A DNA stretch of 63,846 bases, filler included, from Octopus bimaculoides (GCF_001194135.2; 8 parts of 7 records of this genome joined end to end with filler, not necessarily neighbours in it); one strand, 5' to 3'; numbered from the whole stretch's first letter, positions 13,428 to 27,438 are shown. Numbers and translations are program-made. The notes: generated from the sequence alone by a model not told the origin.

Positions 13428-14077
13428 AGCAGTAGCAGTGTGGTGAGTAGCTTGCTTACTAGCCACATAGTTGCGGGTTCTACCCGCACATTTTAGTGTG
13501 CGGGTAGAAATATGAAAATTTGAATTAGGATGAATTTCATATTTTAGAGACACTGAAAGGCTTTTAATACACGTAAGCATTACACTGTATATTTTCCGTA
13601 AATGCCAAAATACGAGGACAGAACTGACGGGGTTTCGATTCTAACTCGATGCATCTTCATCGGTCACGTAACCACCTCTTTAACATTCGGTAAGCTTATA
13701 GCTATTTTTAGCCACAGAATTAATTGTCTTCTGTAAATCAGTTGATGCGGTTTGCATAATTAATGCTTTGATGTCCGCTAATTGAATTAATTGAATTAAT
13801 TAAGAAATTAATTAATTAATTGTTATTCCATTAAACAGCATGTATGGGCAATATGCATTAAGCTTAATATTTTTAGCTGATGCTGTGAAACATTTGACAA
13901 ATATAAACACACACACAGAGACACTATAGAAAAATACAGACACACAAATAAACAAATACACACATATACACCCGAACAAATATACACACAAACACGTACT
14001 CACAGACAAACATCGATATACACATGTGCACACATATTTGACTTCGTGTGCTTATACGCGTGCATAGCTAGCTAAGC

Positions 14078-14114
<37 letters not shown>

Positions 14115-14146
14115 GGATACATTTCTTTTATTAGCCACACAGGGCT

Positions 14147-14225
<79 letters not shown>

Positions 14226-14229
14226 CATC

Positions 14230-14290
14230 GAGCTGACCAAAGCCATGTGAGTGGATTTGGTAGAGGGAAACTGAAAGGAGCCCGTCGTGT
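14230..14290 (+). mobile_element. SINE family B core fragment
   Basis: GACCAAAGCCATGTGAGTGGATTTGGTAGAGGGAAACTGAAAGGAGCCCGTCG followed by (TG)n. Confidence 0.75.
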
Positions 14291-14307
14291 GTGTGTGTGT
14301 GCGTGTG

Positions 14308-14345
<38 letters not shown>

Positions 14346-14399
14346 CGTGCGTGTGTGTGTGCGCGAGCGTGCGTGTGTGTGTATGTGTATGTGTGTATG

Positions 14400-14745
14400 T
14401 TCGGCGAATATGGTGAGTGGGGCATCGTTTCCCATGCAAACTGCTTCAGCCTTTGGAATGTCATCCTCGCTGTATGTAGCCGAGCATTGTTCTGATGGAA
14501 GAACACCTTTTGTCTTGAAACCAAACATTGTCATTTTCCTTCTAGCGATGACTTAAGCCGCCCGTGCTGCTCGCAGTAGATCTCCTCTGTTATCGTTTGG
14601 TTTGGATTTAAAAGTTCGAAGTGGACTAAACTTTTCATATCGCACCAAACAGATAACAACACCTTACGTGGGAGAAGACCTTTTTTATCCTGGGGTACCG
14701 GTGTTTCTCTTTTCCCTACTGCGTCAAGTAAGTTCTTGAACACGT
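14400..14745 (-). mobile_element. mariner transposase fragment (pseudogene)
   Basis: Translates to RKVLLSVWCDMKSLVHFELLNPNQTITEEIYCEQ and [15 protein letters not shown]...[11 protein letters not shown], which are mariner catalytic-domain motifs. Confidence 0.88.
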
Positions 14746-15654
14746 TTATATGTGTGTGTATGTGTGTACGTGCGTGCGTGCGTGGTGCGTGCATGTGTGC
14801 GTATGTATGTATATACGTCTCTATTTTTTAATTATTGTAAATCTTTCACTGAGGAGGGAGCCGGTTTCCAACAAGGATACAAGGCTCCATCTTTGAGATG
14901 TAGTTAACACAACTTCACATTTTAAACTTGAGAAAAGTCTTGCATATTTTTACTGTTCCACTCACAGATTGGATTTGTAATGTACAAATCAGCCGGTCAA
15001 CTTCGTTTTCTGAAAATCCCAGTTTATCCAGATTCTCCTATAAATATGTATGTATGTATGTATGTATGTTTGTATGTATGTATGTATGTATGTATGTATG
15101 TTTGTATGTATGTATGTATGTATGTATGTCCTGAATCTTGGTTTCATGCCTATAAAGAATCATCAGAGAATGATGACGACGAAACAAATGGATGAAACAA
15201 AATATCTCATTATGTGATATTCCTCAATTTCTTAAATTTGCAAATTATCAGACTCAAAAGAGATCAGGTTTTCTAAATAAACACGTAGACAGAATGAGAT
15301 GATTCAGTGTGAATGACTGAACATTCAGCTTGTTTTGGCGACGCTTTTTTGGCACTGAAGGAAAGCACACGCATATATACATGAGCACACGTTATATATA
15401 TATAAATACAGTGTACATATAAACACATAAGAGGTATCCATCATAGGATTCCCTCACGCTAGAAAGAACAGCTAAGTGCCAAACCACTATTAAGGATAAA
15501 ATTTCGAAAGGAATGAAAAGTAAAAACATTTACCAACTAGCTTATGTGTTTAAATGTACACTATATTTATATGAATAATATATAGTCTTTGGACTAAATT
15601 TTTACACCCTAGGCCACTGGTAGTAGAAATTTCTAATATTTCTATTTCCCTTCG

Positions 15655-15697
<43 letters not shown>

Positions 15698-16800
15698 CTT
15701 GGAGCGGGTAATGCGTTGTTTTCTTAAGAAAAACTCTTCCTCTCACGTTGCTCTATTATCACTTCGACACCTGACATTTGGTACACCGTGCCCCTGTTCA
15801 GGCAACGTCGATTCCTTGGAGCGAGTGAGCTGATGTACAGCACAAATATTTGATCACCATAAAGCAATCATTTGTGCGAGTTGTTCAGTAAGAAATTGCA
15901 AAACCATCTTTCTCAAACTACGAGTGACTACCATTATGTATATATAAGTTTTATAACTATTTTATAGAACATAAATATTCATAAATATTTTCTGATTTGA
16001 TAGACTTCCCTTATGTATGAAGTCTTCTAAATTTATTCATACATCGGAGTCGTAATTCATTTATTTATGACGCTATTCTTGGATAATACGACACACTGCT
16101 TCCCTTACGAAAGTTCTTTTTTTTTTTGTCATAATAAGAACGCTATATACATTGACTTCAACTTGTTCTTTATTCATGAAATTAAAACTATCCTGCGAAT
16201 ATGAATATTTTTCTTGAACTTTAGAAATTTAGATGTTTCATAAAATGAATAATTTTTTTTGTCTAAAATACGTTTACTGTTTCTTTGTTGATGATTATTT
16301 TTTAAAGATGGAATCTGCAGAAACCTATATATAGAATATATTTTATATCTAATTTCGTGTGTGTTTGTGTGAGCGTCTGTAGCTGTGTGTCCGTGTGTGT
16401 GTGTGTATGTATATATATATATACACACACACACATATATATATAGTATATATGTGTATATATGTATATGTATATATACGCGCACACACATATGTCGATA
16501 TATGTTTATATGTAGGAACATGTTTTGCGCGTATGTGTCTGTATTTGTGTATTTTTTAATCTTTTAATGGCGTCGGCCCTTGGATTGCGGTAATACCTTC
16601 TGAGGCTTAATCGGTGATTAGATTCCAATGTGTGGGTGTGTGTGAGAGAGAGAGAGAGAGAGAAAGAGCGTGTGTGTTTGCGTGTGAGTGTGTGTGCGCG
16701 TATACATTAGGTAGGTACATACATACACGCATGCATGCATACATACATACATACATACATACATACATACACATAAGTATATATATATATATATATACAA

Positions 16801-16840
<40 letters not shown>

Positions 16841-17405
16841 NNNNNNNNNNNNNNNNNNNNNNNNNNNNNNNNNNNNNNNNNNNNNNNNNNNNNNNNNNNN
16901 NNNNNNNNNNNNNNNNNNNNNNNNNNNNNNNNNNNNNNNNNNNNNNNNNNNNNNNNNNNNNNNNNNNNNNNNNNNNNNNNNNNNNNNNNNNNNNNNNNNN
17001 NNNNNNNNNNNNNNNNNNNNNNNNNNNNNNNNNNNNNNNNNNNNNNNNNNNNNNNNNNNNNNNNNNNNNNNNNNNNNNNNNNNNNNNNNNNNNNNNNNNN
17101 NNNNNNNNNNNNNNNNNNNNNNNNNNNNNNNNNNNNNNNNNNNNNNNNNNNNNNNNNNNNNNNNNNNNNNNNNNNNNNNNNNNNNNNNNNNNNNNNNNNN
17201 NNNNNNNNNNNNNNNNNNNNNNNNNNNNNNNNNNNNNNNNNNNNNNNNNNNNNNNNNNNNNNNNNNNNNNNNNNNNNNNNNNNNNNNNNNNNNNNNNNNN
17301 NNNNNNNNNNNNNNNNNNNNNNNNNNNNNNNNNNNNNNNNNNNNNNNNNNNNNNNNNNNNNNNNNNNNNNNNNNNNNNNNNNNNNNNNNNNNNNNNNNNN
17401 NNNNN

Positions 17406-17461
<56 letters not shown>

Positions 17462-17879
17462 TTTCAGTTACTTGACACTGGCTATGTTGGAGGGGCGATG
17501 AATCCAATAATTATACCTATTCTGTACATAATTTGTTACTTCTATTTTACAAACTTCCAGGGCATAAACGAATGCAACAAAAGCAACACCAGTTATTAAA
17601 CCGCTCCAACCAAAGAAAAATAAACTTAGTTATATGTCTATATTTATTTTCTATGTATGTTTTGTCCACCTGAATTAATATCGATTTCTAACTTTGACCT
17701 AAAGTAGGCATGAGCAATTTTTTTCGAGAAACGGGACTCCTGAGCCATGTCTCAGCATCAAGTGGGTCATTGTACGAAAAAAGATGCTAGATAATTGTTC
17801 GTTGGGGATGCTATTACGAATGCTCTGTGAGCGACAGTTTGCCCAAGGCTCAAGGCCCAAGACCACAAATTTAATGGAT

Positions 17880-18450
17880 GAATGTGTTCAATTTATTTGA
17901 AGGAAGTAATTAACTGATATTCATTTTACTGATTGTTTTACACTGAAGTAAACTACCAAGGAGATAGCCATGACAGGTAAAACCTTTTACGGGTTTCACC
18001 TGAAATAGTTGATTGTTTTGAACAGAGACCGAAGATGGAATCCTTCTATGGACTAAGTATATTTTAGGTCTTGGTGCTCAACTCAAGCGAAGCGTACAAG
18101 CTAAGAGGTGATACGGTTGACCCTGAGATATTTGCGAAGATACATAAGGGTTTCTAACATTGTGATATCTTTAGTCACACTCATGAAAAGTGTCCGTAAC
18201 ATCTTTAAGGAGCGTCTGCAGTATCTTCATAGAGCAGAATATATCCGATGTTTATTTCACATGAATCCAAAATTTAAAGAGATGTAATTAGATATTGCAA
18301 AACATTTTCTCTGTCAATTTGCTGTCCTTATAAATGAATTGATAAAAGTATTCGAGACCTCTGGCGGGCACACTTACTTTGAATCCCTCGAGCATTAATA
18401 CAATAAGTACCAGTCGGGCACAGCGGTCCATATTGGCCTTTGGAATCTAT
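17880..18450 (-). mobile_element. Very decayed LINE RT relic (CR1/L2-like, tentative)
   Basis: Only weak motif echoes across stops and frameshifts (ILLYEDT resembling LLYADDT; KYLRV resembling KYLGV), in the expected order. Confidence 0.3.
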
Positions 18451-18499
18451 TTGACTTCACATGCAACAAATGTGACTCTATCTTTTAGCTTTTAGCTTT

Positions 18500-18650
18500 T
18501 TAAATTTCCTCTACCAAATTCACTCACAAGACACTGATTTTTGACTTGGGACTATCACAGAAAATATTTGCACAAGTTTCCGCGCATTGGAACTGAATTC
18601 AAAACCAAGTGGCTGCATAGCGAACTTCTAAATTACGCAGCTGTGTCTGC
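18500..18650 (-). mobile_element. SINE family B 5' half, decayed
   Basis: TTTCCTCTACCAAATTCACTCACAAG...GCACAAG...GCAGCTGTGTCTGC resembles the reverse complement of the family B head and core. Confidence 0.6.
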
Positions 18651-18714
18651 ACCATAAATGTGGCTTTACGTGTAATCATTGATCTTAAATTATGAATAAT
18701 GTCAAAAATTTCGG

Positions 18715-18840
18715 TGGTAGGGGCGGGTTAGGCGATTCAGTTGACTCCAGTTCATAACTGGTTATTTATTTCATCGGCCCTGGAAAGATGAAGGACAAAA
18801 TTGACCCTGGTGGGATTTGAACTCAGAACATAAAGAGATA
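18715..18840 (-). mobile_element. SINE family C, decayed
   Basis: AACTGG...TTTCATCGGCCC..GAAAGATGAAGGACAAAATTGACC..GGTGGGATTTGAACTCAGAAC (reverse B-box). Confidence 0.6.
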
Positions 18841-19218
18841 GTAAAAATGCTACAATTAATTTTACTCAATTCTACAAATTCAAATGATTCTGCAAATTCA
18901 ATACCCTAGGTGTATGGATAATAATAGAAATATCTTCCGATTGTCAATGTTTTATTCACACAGAAATACATACGCTTATAGACGTGTACGTATGAATTCG
19001 GAATTGTACATACTTGAAAAGACGCATGCATACACATGCACAAAAATGCAGACTTATGAACTCACATAACGGTTCGTATATACACATGCACGGCAATATA
19101 TGTTCAAATACGCAATATATAACACAAATGAGAAATATATTCACACACTGATACACAGACATGCACTCAGACGCATACACAATCATGCACTCAAACACAC
19201 ACATACATACATGTAAAT

Positions 19219-19259
<41 letters not shown>

Positions 19260-19299
19260 CTTGCGTAAATACATACATACATAAGATAATAACGTAGAT

Positions 19300-20040
19300 C
19301 ACCTTGCCAATGCCATTTTCTTTTCCAATCCCAAATGCAGGCTAATAAACTCCTAAGCTTCTCTGAAAGTGAATTAAGCATAGTTAGTAATCATATTCTC
19401 GATACCATTAATCTTAAAAAGGGAAGTATTATGAGTGCAGATCAATGAAACTGCAACACACTCTGTAATCATGGGGTTCCAGAACACAGAAAACAAAGAT
19501 TCCGGCAAATTCACTCAATTTGATATCGAGGAGTTTTATCCATCCGTATCGAAATCTCTCTTTCCAAAAACCCAGGACATTTGGAAAGAAATTTGCTATA
19601 ATCACTTAGAATAGTAATGAACGCAGGAAGTCGTTGATATATCATGACCATTTCGTTTGGGTCAAAAAAGTAGGTGACCAGTTGATGTATTTTTAAGAAG
19701 CAATGACGAGATGTAGGAGGCTGACTTAGTAAGAATGTTTATCTTCGATTATCTTCAGGACGTGAGCCACTCTACATCACAGATTTGTACAGAGATGATG
19801 GCATGGAAGTTTCTGGCAATGTGACAAACGACGCTACATTTCAATTGAGAGAAAACAAGATAGGAATATTTCAGGAGTTTGGTTTAAGTATTACTATTTG
19901 CACTGAATTAATAGCTATAGCCAATTTCCTGGATATATGTTTTAATATCGGTGAGCACCATGCTTGTATGAAGTCAAGGGATGGGCCGAAGTGTAACCGC
20001 AAAGTTTCCAATCATCCCCATATTATGTTAGGAATCTTTT
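19300..20040 (+). mobile_element. Penelope-like element reverse transcriptase relic
   Basis: Ordered motifs PKCRLIN, ILDTIN, FTQFDIEEFYPSVSKSL, WVKK, YRDDG, IANFLDICFN, SNHP match the Penelope-like RT pattern (FDIxxFYPSI...YRDDG...NFLD...SNHPP). Many stops. Confidence 0.82.
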
Positions 20041-20499
20041 ATAGTTTATGCTATAAGCAGGAGAGCCTCCAATTTGTCCCCCAACAGGAAAATTTCCAGC
20101 AAAATCTAGCTATTACGGTGGTGGTGGTGGTGGTGGTGNNNNNNNNNNNNNTATTGCTGTTATCATTGCTGTTGCTGATGGTGGTAGTGTAATCATTATT
20201 GTTGGTGGTGGTGGTGGTGGTAGTAGTAGTAGTTGTATCGGAGAATATGCTCTAACAGCGCGTCGCTGCATCCACCATTTGTTGGTGATACCCAACTCCT
20301 GGCGGATGACGCCTTTGCTCCACTCAGGCGACAACCCACCAGCCCATAGATCGGTTTCGGCAGTCGTTGCTGGTGAGGGTTTTATTTTCCTTTTTTTTTT
20401 ACGAGGTCGGAATGCAAACCCCACCTCAAACGCTTTGGGCTGTTTTTACGTCACGCAAACGAAACGTTAGCTCTATCCTTTGACATGTCGGTCCATACA

Positions 20500-20626
20500 C
20501 AGCATCTGAACAACGTGAAACGAAGTGTTTTGCTCAAGAACGCAACATACCGCCCGGTCTGGGAATCAAACCCACAGTCTGGCGATCGTGAGTTCAATGC
20601 CCTAACTGCTAGGCCATGCACTTTCA
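20500..20626 (-). mobile_element. tRNA-derived SINE with head related to family A
   Basis: Reverse strand reads GCATGGCCTAGCAGTTAGGGC...GGGTTTGATTCCCAGACCGGGCGG...TTGAGCAAAACAC. Confidence 0.7.
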
Positions 20627-22029
20627 GTGAACTAACAGTTATTATGAGTTCTTAGCCAAATGTAACTTTAGCGAAAAGTTAGATTTCATGGAACAGCCCC
20701 TATCCCCCTAGAACTCAAAAAGTAATATGAGGTGAAAAGTAACTTTGTTTAACCCCCATACCATTACATATTACTAGGAATTTCTATTTCTTGTAAGACA
20801 TCGCGTTCAGACTACATGCTATTAACAGAAAGTCTTTAGTGCACATAATGTTAAAGTTAGCTATTCTTATCCATGCAACAATGCTTCCAACATGCCACGC
20901 CAGAAGCGAAAACATACATCTGAATACCTTAACAACTCATTTCAATTCCTAAAATTGATTCACTTGTCCGCAGAGTTGTCGAAAATTTGGTGCAAGCATA
21001 AAAATGAAAAATTTTATAGAAGGAAAACATGAGAGTTGATCACGGAAAATGTCATGGTGTTAGGACAGTGGTAAGAAAGTCTCAAGACAGCTGAATAGCT
21101 GAAGGTCTCCAAAAAGAAACCGCCCTCAGGCAAGTGCTTCTGCCCTTAACTTCCTACACTCTAAGGATGGAAGGAGGGGGCCAAGTCGCATTCAGGTCAT
21201 GACTCCTGGGTACCCTTCTACTGACACCTTTTAGCCACTTGGATATTTATACAACCTGGAGATTTCATCTACTTGTAACTCGTCTCAGCTTTCAAACTTA
21301 TACTTAACTAGCTTAAAAACCGCACTCTGTACGGACTTTTAAGCTAACTTCTGCGGAGGGTTAACTGGGCCTGCGACCTCAAAACTAAAGAGAACTAAAT
21401 AGCATGACTATAAATACGTCTATAAGGACTGTATGCCCCGGTGGTGTTTGATCAGAGGTTAAAGACGGATGAGAATTAATTCTGTAATGCAATCGTTTTA
21501 TTGTTCCAGTCCCAAGTTGAATTCCAACTGTTGGCCAATTTGTCCCAAATTTCTTATCTCAACGTAAAATTAACGAAGCGAATGTCATTTATCTACCCTT
21601 GATCTCTAACGTCATCTGACAAACGCCAATCAAGATGGCGTGAATCAGCCAAGCTCTACCTGCTAGAAATAGCAACTCGAATGCTGGATGTTGAAGAACC
21701 AAATGAAGACCAGATTTTCAATCCCGGGGTCATCCTGATTTCAAAAAGGTATAATATGTCTATGTAAAGCAAATGTAGGCAGAGTTACAGGGGTCCCTAG
21801 CGGACAGACAGAATTTCGCTTTTATTAAGAAATCATTTTTATAGAAGAAAAAATAACGTTGGTTGTCATGGCAGCAGTGAAAAATCAATTTAAAGCAACA
21901 TGCCTTGAAAATACATAAATCGTACAAAGTTGACTGCTTGATGAAAGCGATTATATTTCTCCACACATTTTTTATATGGAGTTGCACATCAGGTAAGGAA
22001 CCGGGGGATGTGGTAATATACTTCAGCAG

Positions 22030-22170
22030 CTCAAATTTCGCCGAGGTCGACTTTGCGTTTCATCCTTTCGGGATCGATTAATTAAGTACCAGTTGCGTAC
22101 TGGGGTAGATATAATCGACTGGCCCCCTCCCCAAAAATTTCGGGCCTTGTGCCTAGAGTAGAAAAGAATA
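22030..22170 (+). mobile_element. SINE family C, B-box to tail
   Basis: TCAAATTTCGCCGAGGTCGACTTTGC...AAGTACCAGTTGCGTACTGGGG...GCCTAGAGTAGAAAAGAAT matches 41811-41956. Confidence 0.85.
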
Positions 22171-22229
22171 TACTTCAACAGTCAACGTACATGATTACTT
22201 GGAAATCTTGGATACTTTTGCATTCCATC

Positions 22230-22595
22230 GATAGAAAATATGTTTAGTGATGACGAAGTAATTTTTCCGGATGACAAAGCATCTTGCCACAGACCACAAA
22301 GTTAGATTTGTGGTCTGTGGCACAAAGAAGACATATGCACACAAAGATATTGCCAGAAACAATCCAAACGTCAATCCAATTGAAAATTTATAGACGAAAT
22401 TATCTAAAACAGTCCTTGAAAAGTTTTAATACTGCACAGGTGATCTATTTGAAGAAGATTGAACCAGCTTGATAACGAATATTATTTTTCATTTGTGAAG
22501 TACCGTCATAAGTTCAAGGAAGTGTGACGATAGGCTAACTGGCACTTTTTGTTGATGATTCCATAATTTTTTGCCAGGGTTGTTTGAAAGCTGCC
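22230..22595 (+). mobile_element. Tc1-like transposase C-terminal relic
   Basis: IFPDDKASCHR resembles FQDDNAPCHR. Frameshifted NPIENL motif (AATCCAATTGAAAATTTA). Confidence 0.6.
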
Positions 22596-22659
22596 TAGCC
22601 TATGATCTTCTCCATGAAAAAATATGTTCCTAAGGTGCAACATTATTGCTTACAGCTTT

Positions 22660-22772
<113 letters not shown>

Positions 22773-24213
22773 AAGAGAGAGAGAATTAGTGGGGGTGCGC
22801 GACGCGTGCGTGCATATTATGCTATATATGTAATTTGTGACATGTGGGTTTGAATATGTAGGTATATTTTATACATGTGTCATGTTTGTTAATGGTGATG
22901 TGTACATTAAAGCAGTACGTTAAAGAGAGTAGCGGGAAGAGAGTCAATGGTGAGTGAATGTTTGGAGATAAGGACTCGTTTGCGTCGGAGACGAAAACAC
23001 AAGGAACAGCTGTGCAAAGCAAAACTGAATACAGAGAGAAGACGAATGGAAGGATCTGTAGAACGGAAAAGTATGCAAAAGGAGATACATGGGTCAAATG
23101 TGTTCCCAGTATACCCGATATATACAGAGTTGCAGAGGAAGCTTTCTAAGCAACAGATAAGATTAATATAGGGGCTGGTAAAGGAAATAAGTTATGTGGA
23201 AGGAATGACGGTTGCATCTATTGAGGATGGTGGTGTTTGAAAGAAAGGACAGTTGGGAGAGTGGGGGCAAGGTACTATGGGAAGTTAGGGAATAAGTTAT
23301 GGATGAGTAAAAACCACTTAGATTACGAGTGCGCTTAAATGGAAAGATGTTAGACGTAGTTGGGTCCTATTTGAATGCTTGCAATGCACTCGAGGTAGTA
23401 CGCATCGGCGTAGCATAGGAAGTGGTAAATATATTTGTATGTGTATCTGTACGTGTGTACATGTGGATGGTTGGATATAACACACACACACACGTGTGTG
23501 TGCATAAATGCATAACAACACACACACACATATGCATATACTTAATTCATAAATGCATGCATTCTTGTACGTATGTATAAATTTCTGTGAGTGTGTATAT
23601 CTACCTCAGTTATTGATACACTTTCATTTATGTGTGTGTGTGTGTATGCTAATCAAAAGTATGAATTTATATGTAAGCATATAAAATTATAATGCATACA
23701 TATATGAATTTATATGTAGGAATGTGATATACGATACGTGTATGGAAATTTTTTATGTCTACATATTGTTATGCATCTTCAATACAGATAATATTATAGC
23801 TATGCTAACATAAAATCCCTCCTTGTTAAACAATGAGCGTAAGTTTGTACGGTTGTTTAGTGTTTGTGCGAATGATTAAATGTTTGCGTAAATGTATATA
23901 GGTGTGTTTCGTATACAGTATTTTTCCTTCAAACAGTTGAATAATTTTATGCATGAATTCAATATTTTTATATGCAAAACGTACTCTTTTATCAGTTTCA
24001 GTCACCGGAGTACGGCTATGCTAGAGCACAGTCTTCGAGAATATAGTCTGTCATATTGATGCAAGTAGTTATTTCAATCTGGTAATTATTTTTACCGTTC
24101 TCTAAACATCAAACAGCTTACTTAGGGATATACAATTAAATATAAGCACAAAGAAATAAGGACAGAAACAAGGAGAGAAAAAAAATGTGTAGTGGTCAGC
24201 GATCTACCATGGC

Positions 24214-24258
<45 letters not shown>

Positions 24259-26028
24259 NNNNNNNNNNNNNNNNNNNNNNNNNNNNNNNNNNNNNNNNNN
24301 NNNNNNNNNNNNNNNNNNNNNNNNNNNNNNNNNNNNNNNNNNNNNNNNNNNNNNNNNNNNNNNNNNNNNNNNNNNNNNNNNNNNNNNNNNNNNNNNNNNN
24401 NNNNNNNNNNNNNNNNNNNNNNNNNNNNNNNNNNNNNNNNNNNNNNNNNNNNNNNNNNNNNNNNNNNNNNNNNNNNNNNNNNNNNNNNNNNNNNNNNNNN
24501 NNNNNNNNNNNNNNNNNNNNNNNNNNNNNNNNNNNNNNNNNNNNNNNNNNNNNNNNNNNNNNNNNNNNNNNNNNNNNNNNNNNNNNNNNNNNNNNNNNNN
24601 NNNNNNNNNNNNNNNNNNNNNNNNNNNNNNNNNNNNNNNNNNNNNNNNNNNNNNNNNNNNNNNNNNNNNNNNNNNNNNNNNNNNNNNNNNNNNNNNNNNN
24701 NNNNNNNNNNNNNNNNNNNNNNNNNNNNNNNNNNNNNNNNNNNNNNNNNNNNNNNNNNNNNNNNNNNNNNNNNNNNNNNNNNNNNNNNNNNNNNNNNNNN
24801 NNNNNNNNNNNNNNNNNNNNNNNNNNNNNNNNNNNNNNNNNNNNNNNNNNNNNNNNNNNNNNNNNNNNNNNNNNNNNNNNNNNNNNNNNNNNNNNNNNNN
24901 NNNNNNNNNNNNNNNNNNNNNNNNNNNNNNNNNNNNNNNNNNNNNNNNNNNNNNNNNNNNNNNNNNNNNNNNNNNNNNNNNNNNNNNNNNNNNNNNNNNN
25001 NNNNNNNNNNNNNNNNNNNNNNNNNNNNNNNNNNNNNNNNNNNNNNNNNNNNNNNNNNNNNNNNNNNNNNNNNNNNNNNNNNNNNNNNNNNNNNNNNNNN
25101 NNNNNNNNNNNNNNNNNNNNNNNNNNNNNNNNNNNNNNNNNNNNNNNNNNNNNNNNTATATATATATATATATATATATATATGTGGATGTATGTATGTA
25201 TGTATGTATGTATGTATGTATGTATGTATGTAGATAGATAGATAGATAGATAGATAGATACACACACATAAAATATACATACACAAAAAGCTTTGAAATA
25301 AAATGGAGAGTGAGAGGAAGAGATGATATCGAGTGTGAGTGAAAAAGAGGGAGAAGAGAGAGACAGAGAGAGATGGAAGGGAGAGAGAGAGAAAGAGATT
25401 TCATTCTACATTATTTGTACATATACGAAATTGAAACAGACACTGAAATTTTATGGTATTTTCACAAAGACAAACTTTTTCCGAAAAAATCCCATAAATT
25501 TCAAATTTTATTAACTGTAAAGTTTTCTCTGAGAGAGGATGGGAGGTAAAATGTTTTACTACTTCGGAATATTTATTACGTGTTTTCATCACTTCACTAA
25601 AATCTGAAAGAATCTTTCTTTCCACTTCTAACTTCTACACTCACAGTTTTCTTTCTCCGTCAATATACTTGTGAGCGCGAATACACACGTGCACACACAT
25701 GTGCGTGTGTGTTTATGAATACAACCGTACATGTGTGTATGTTTTTGTGTGTATGGATATGCATTGTCTATGTATTGCTATAAGTATGTAACGGATAGCT
25801 TCCTACATTTTTAGCCAAGATACAAAACCTAGCCTAGATATTTCTACTAGTCCCCTTCCTATTGTTCTCGGCTTTTGCACTAGGAAATTTACGAGTGTCT
25901 TTCACATCCAAAGCCGAAAAACAGAGTAGCAAGAGACTGACTCGACCATAACAAAAATAAAATATACTATTAATCTCTACTATGGTACTGAGTCCTTGTT
26001 TACTCGAACATATTTATCAATCTATCTA

Positions 26029-26074
<46 letters not shown>

Positions 26075-26578
26075 NNNNNNNNNNNNNNNNNNNNNNNNNN
26101 NNNNNNNNNNNNNNNNNNNNNNNNNNNNNNNNNNNNNNNNNNNNNNNNNNNNNNNNNNNNNNNNNNNNNNNNNNNNNNNNNNNNNNNNNNNNNNNNNNNN
26201 NNNNNNNNNNNNNNNNNNNNNNNNNNNNNNNNNNNNNNNNNNNNNNNNNNNNNNNNNNNNNNNNNNNNNNNNNNNNNNNNNNNNNNNNNNNNNNNNNNNN
26301 NNNNNNNNNNNNNNNNNNNNNNNNNNNNNNNNNNNNNNNNNNNNNNNNNNNNNNNNNNNNNNNNNNNNNNNNNNNNNNNNNNNNNNNNNNNNNNNNNNNN
26401 NNNNNNNNNNNNNNNNNNNNNNNNNNNNNNNNNNNNNNNNNNNNNNNNNNNNNNNNNNNNNNNNNNNNNNNNNNNNNNNNNNNNNNNNNNNNNNNNNNNN
26501 NNNNNNNNNNNNNNNNNNNNNNNNNNNNNNNNNNNNNNNNNNNNNNNNNNNNNNNNNNNNNNNNNNNNNNNNNNNNNN

Positions 26579-26611
<33 letters not shown>

Positions 26612-26612
<1 letters not shown>

Positions 26613-26768
26613 GAGTTTCTTTCAGTTTCCGTCTACCAAATCCATTCACAAGACTTTGATCAGCCCGTATCTATAATAGAAGACACTTGACCAAAATGTC
26701 ACATCGTGGGACTGAAACCGGAACCATGTGGTGGGAAAGCAAACTTCTTACCACATAGCCATACCTGC
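26612..26768 (-). mobile_element. SINE family B 5' half
   Basis: TTTCAGTTTCCGTCTACCAAATCC...CTTACCACATAGCCATACCTGC; broken at a (TA)n tract. Confidence 0.85.
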
Positions 26769-27060
26769 ATCTAGAAATAGGTAGCGAGTGTATGTGCATA
26801 TTTAGTTCTTCCTTCATCGGCAACACATCCATGCATATATGTATGTATATATAACTATATAGATACATACATGCACATGCATATTCATGAATATATATGT
26901 ATATATACATATATGCATAAACACAAACGCGCGCACACATACATACACACACATGCACACGCACACACACACACATATATAAATATATCGCCATACTGAA
27001 TAAAAACTAGTGCCAAATCTATCTTCCGTTTCTTTCATCAATTATATATACACAAGGTTT

Positions 27061-27431
27061 GGAGGCGCAATGGCCCGGTGGTTAGGGTAGCGGACTCGCG
27101 GTCGTAGGATCGCGTTATCGATTCCCAGACCGAGCGTTGTGAGTGTTTATTGAGTGAAAACACCTAAAGCTCCACGAGGCTCCAGCAGGAAGAGGGGGGT
27201 GAACCCTGTTGTAATCTCTCACCACAATTTTCTCTCACTCATTCTTCCTGTTTCTGTTTCTGTTTCTGTTTCAAAGGGCCAGCCTGTGTTACGCTGAATC
27301 TCCTCGAGAACTACGTTAAGGGTACACGTGTCTGTGGAGTACTCAGCCACTTGCACGTTAATTTCACGAGCAGGCTGTTCCGTTGATCAGATCAACTGAA
27401 ACCCTCGTCATCGTAACCGACGAGTGCCAAC
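27061..27431 (+). mobile_element. SINE family A, near full length
   Basis: Colinear with 10127-10508 apart from small internal indels. Confidence 0.9.
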
Positions 27432-27438
27432 CAATACA

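Noticed and set aside
13626-13666. Minus-strand CCGATGA...GAAACCCCGTC hammerhead-like motif
   Set aside because: Core U4 is mutated, stem II has only 3 bp and stem I cannot form. At best a dead relic.
20890-21060. Possible Tc1 transposase N-terminus starting MPRQKRK
   Set aside because: No further motifs or TIR found.
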